Positions 62,269-64,000 of a stretch of 64,000 nt of DNA are shown in pieces. The translations under genes were made by a program, and so were the position numbers. The stretch's first letter is position 1. Each line of letters opens with the position of its first letter. The notes below the pieces were generated by a model. The model was given only the letters and a program-made list of their open reading frames with translations, did not search any database and was not told the DNA's origin. The stretch is from NCBI GenBank assembly GCA_963843845.1, contig CAWJMB010000001.1, forward strand, positions 32,001-96,000, read 5' to 3'. This DNA comes from an uncultured Gemmatimonadaceae bacterium. Lineage in GTDB: Bacteria; Gemmatimonadota; Gemmatimonadetes; Gemmatimonadales; Gemmatimonadaceae.

Positions 62269-63735
62269 ATGGGTTTCAAGCCGCGGAAGGGCGACGCTCC
62301 ACCGACTGGACGGATCCGCCCGAGCGTCAACTTCGAGCGCACCATGGCGCTCGCGTCGCAGATCGCCGCCGAGTCGGTCCCGGACGAGCATACCGTGTCC
62401 GCCAACGAGCAGGCGCCAGCCGTCGTCGAGCGCGGAGTTCTCGCCGCCCCGACACCGATGGCACGTGCGACCCCGGCGAGCACGTCGGGAGCGACGTCGC
62501 CGGTCGACGTCGGCTCATCGATGCCCTCGCGCCCGTCGCATCCAGGTGAGGAGAGTGACGCGGGGAGCGAGCGAGCCGCGACCGGCCGCCGAGGCGCCGC
62601 GGGTGCGGCAGCGTTGGAGTCCGGCGGTGGTAGCGCGAACGGCAGGGGTGGCACGACCGATCTGGCCCACGATCGGGCCTCTGACCTGGCCACGGAGCCG
62701 CTCACTGCAGCTACGACCGAGCCGGCTGCCGAGCGAGCCGGTGTGCGAGCCGGTGAATCGAGCGACGCTGAAGGTGCTCCCGCGCCCGGCGCCGAGCGCG
62801 ATCGGGAGCGATCCGGGGGGGGCGGCGTAGCGCTCACGTCGATGCCGGTCGATTCGATCCGGAAATCGCCGTTCCAGCCGAAGGGCCGGCCCTCGCACGA
62901 GGCTGTCGCCGCGGTCGCGCAAGCCATCGAGCGGGCGGGCGGCATCGAGCGCCTCGTCGGCGCCGACGGACAGTCGACATTCCAGAGCCTGTCGCCCGAG
63001 GCGAAGCGACTTGCCGAGTTGACCTACAGCGTCGCGCGGGATGGCGTACGCGATCCGATCGAAGTCAGACGTGCGGAGGACGGCGTCATCGAAGCGCTGT
63101 CCGGCCACCGGCGTCTCGCTGCCGCGATGCTGATTGGCATGCAGCACGTGCCGATCCTCGATCGCGGTGCACTGTCCTCGCTCCAGGCGGCGGCCACGGT
63201 CCTCAGCGGCAACCTGCATCGCGAGGATTTCACCCCATGGCAGGAGGCCGTTCTGGTGACGGAAGTCGTCGCCCAGCGACGCGCTGACGGTCTGCCGGCG
63301 GACGTCCGTACGATCGGTGCGATCATGGGGTACAGCCACGGGCGCGTCAGCACGCTGCTCGCGATTCGCCGCGTCGTCAGCGACGCCGTCCTCGAGCGGC
63401 TCGGCGAGCCGGCGGCCATCGAGGAGGCACTCGCGCGCTACGCGAACTACTCGCGCCTCGAGGAGATCGCACGCCTTCCCGACGAGTCCCGGCGCGAACA
63501 GGCGCTTCGCCGGGTGCTCGGCGTGCCGGTCGACGCGGCGGGGGGGGTCGACGAGCGACTCGTCGATCGGGTCTACGACCACAGGCCGAAGCGCCGCGGC
63601 GGATTCACCATCGAGGTGTTCCGCCCGATCGAACAGCTCGCGCCGCACGATGCGTCGGCGCTCCGTGAGCTCTTCGCGTCGCAGCTCGCCCGCCTGGATG
63701 CCCGGCTCCATGCGGCAGGAGAGCGCCGGCAATAG
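62269..63735 (+). CDS. parB: ParB/Spo0J family protein with long low-complexity N-terminus
   Basis: SPFQPK, GVRDPI, SGHRRLAA (GxxRxxA), GNLHREDFTPWQEA, HTH. Confidence 0.9.
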   Translation: MGFKPRKGDAPPTGRIRPSVNFERTMALASQIAAESVPDEHTVSANEQAPAVVERGVLAAPTPMARATPASTSGATSPVDVGSSMPSRPSHPGEESDAGSERAATGRRGAAGAAALESGGGSANGRGGTTDLAHDRASDLATEPLTAATTEPAAERAGVRAGESSDAEGAPAPGAERDRERSGGGGVALTSMPVDSIRKSPFQPKGRPSHEAVAAVAQAIERAGGIERLVGADGQSTFQSLSPEAKRLAELTYSVARDGVRDPIEVRRAEDGVIEALSGHRRLAAAMLIGMQHVPILDRGALSSLQAAATVLSGNLHREDFTPWQEAVLVTEVVAQRRADGLPADVRTIGAIMGYSHGRVSTLLAIRRVVSDAVLERLGEPAAIEEALARYANYSRLEEIARLPDESRREQALRRVLGVPVDAAGGVDERLVDRVYDHRPKRRGGFTIEVFRPIEQLAPHDASALRELFASQLARLDARLHAAGERRQ

Positions 63736-63823
63736 CAGCCAGTCGCTGCCGAGTCCGCTCGATCCGCCGCACCCGCGCGCCGCGCCCCGCGCGGGGACGA
63801 CGGTGCTCGATCCTCCCGGACGA

Positions 63824-64000
63824 TCAGTCGTCGAACGAGATGCGCGGAACGCCATCCGGGTCGAGCGCCACGTGCGGCTGGAGCCCGGGGCCGAGCGAGA
63901 GCGTGATACCGTTGAGTGTCAGGCGAAGCGCGATCGCCCGCGCCTGCGTTCCCGGCGCCGAGTCCGCGGGCGCCGACGCCGCTGGGGCTACGGCCAGCGG
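63824..64000 (-). CDS. 3' end of an unknown gene entering from beyond the window
   Basis: Manual translation ...AIALRLTLNGITLSLGPGLQPHVALDPDGVPRISFDD*. Confidence 0.55.
   Translation of the reverse strand, partial: PLAVAPAASAPADSAPGTQARAIALRLTLNGITLSLGPGLQPHVALDPDGVPRISFDD

Overview
Very GC-rich (roughly 73-75% by eye) bacterial DNA. Gene content suggests Gemmatimonadota, which is an inference. Many genes are broken by 1-2 nt indels that cluster in blocks and look like long-read assembly errors. From left to right the window holds: a PIG-L deacetylase / acyl-CoA dehydrogenase-like / NodS-like methyltransferase / GT2 cluster; PfkB kinase, secreted RidA and a ribose-type ABC transporter; a cobalamin-riboswitch-led corrinoid uptake and salvage operon (btuF-C-D-B, cbiB, cobD, nitroreductase, cobO, phosphatase, cobT, cobS, cobC, cobU), with cobQ separated from it by hldD, YceI-TPR, anti-sigma and ECF sigma genes; SDR, Gfo/Idh/MocA, TIM-barrel isomerase, YceH, DUF885 and DUF3293 genes; a ZIP-Fur-LytS-LytTR-TonB receptor module; a split BLUF + EAL pair; a PD40-amidohydrolase, SulP, M20 peptidase, ung, metC, solA, a GAF-PAS histidine kinase, an AlkZ-like glycosylase and an Sfp PPTase; and a 1.1-kb non-coding region with paired 17-bp palindromes and a 10-bp tandem array ahead of plasmid-type parA-parB, a candidate secondary-replicon origin. 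The strongest unexplained signal is the octamer CGTTAGGC: 18 perfect copies plus one heptamer, always on the coding strand, in two reading frames, and accounting for most TTA/TAA trinucleotides I found.
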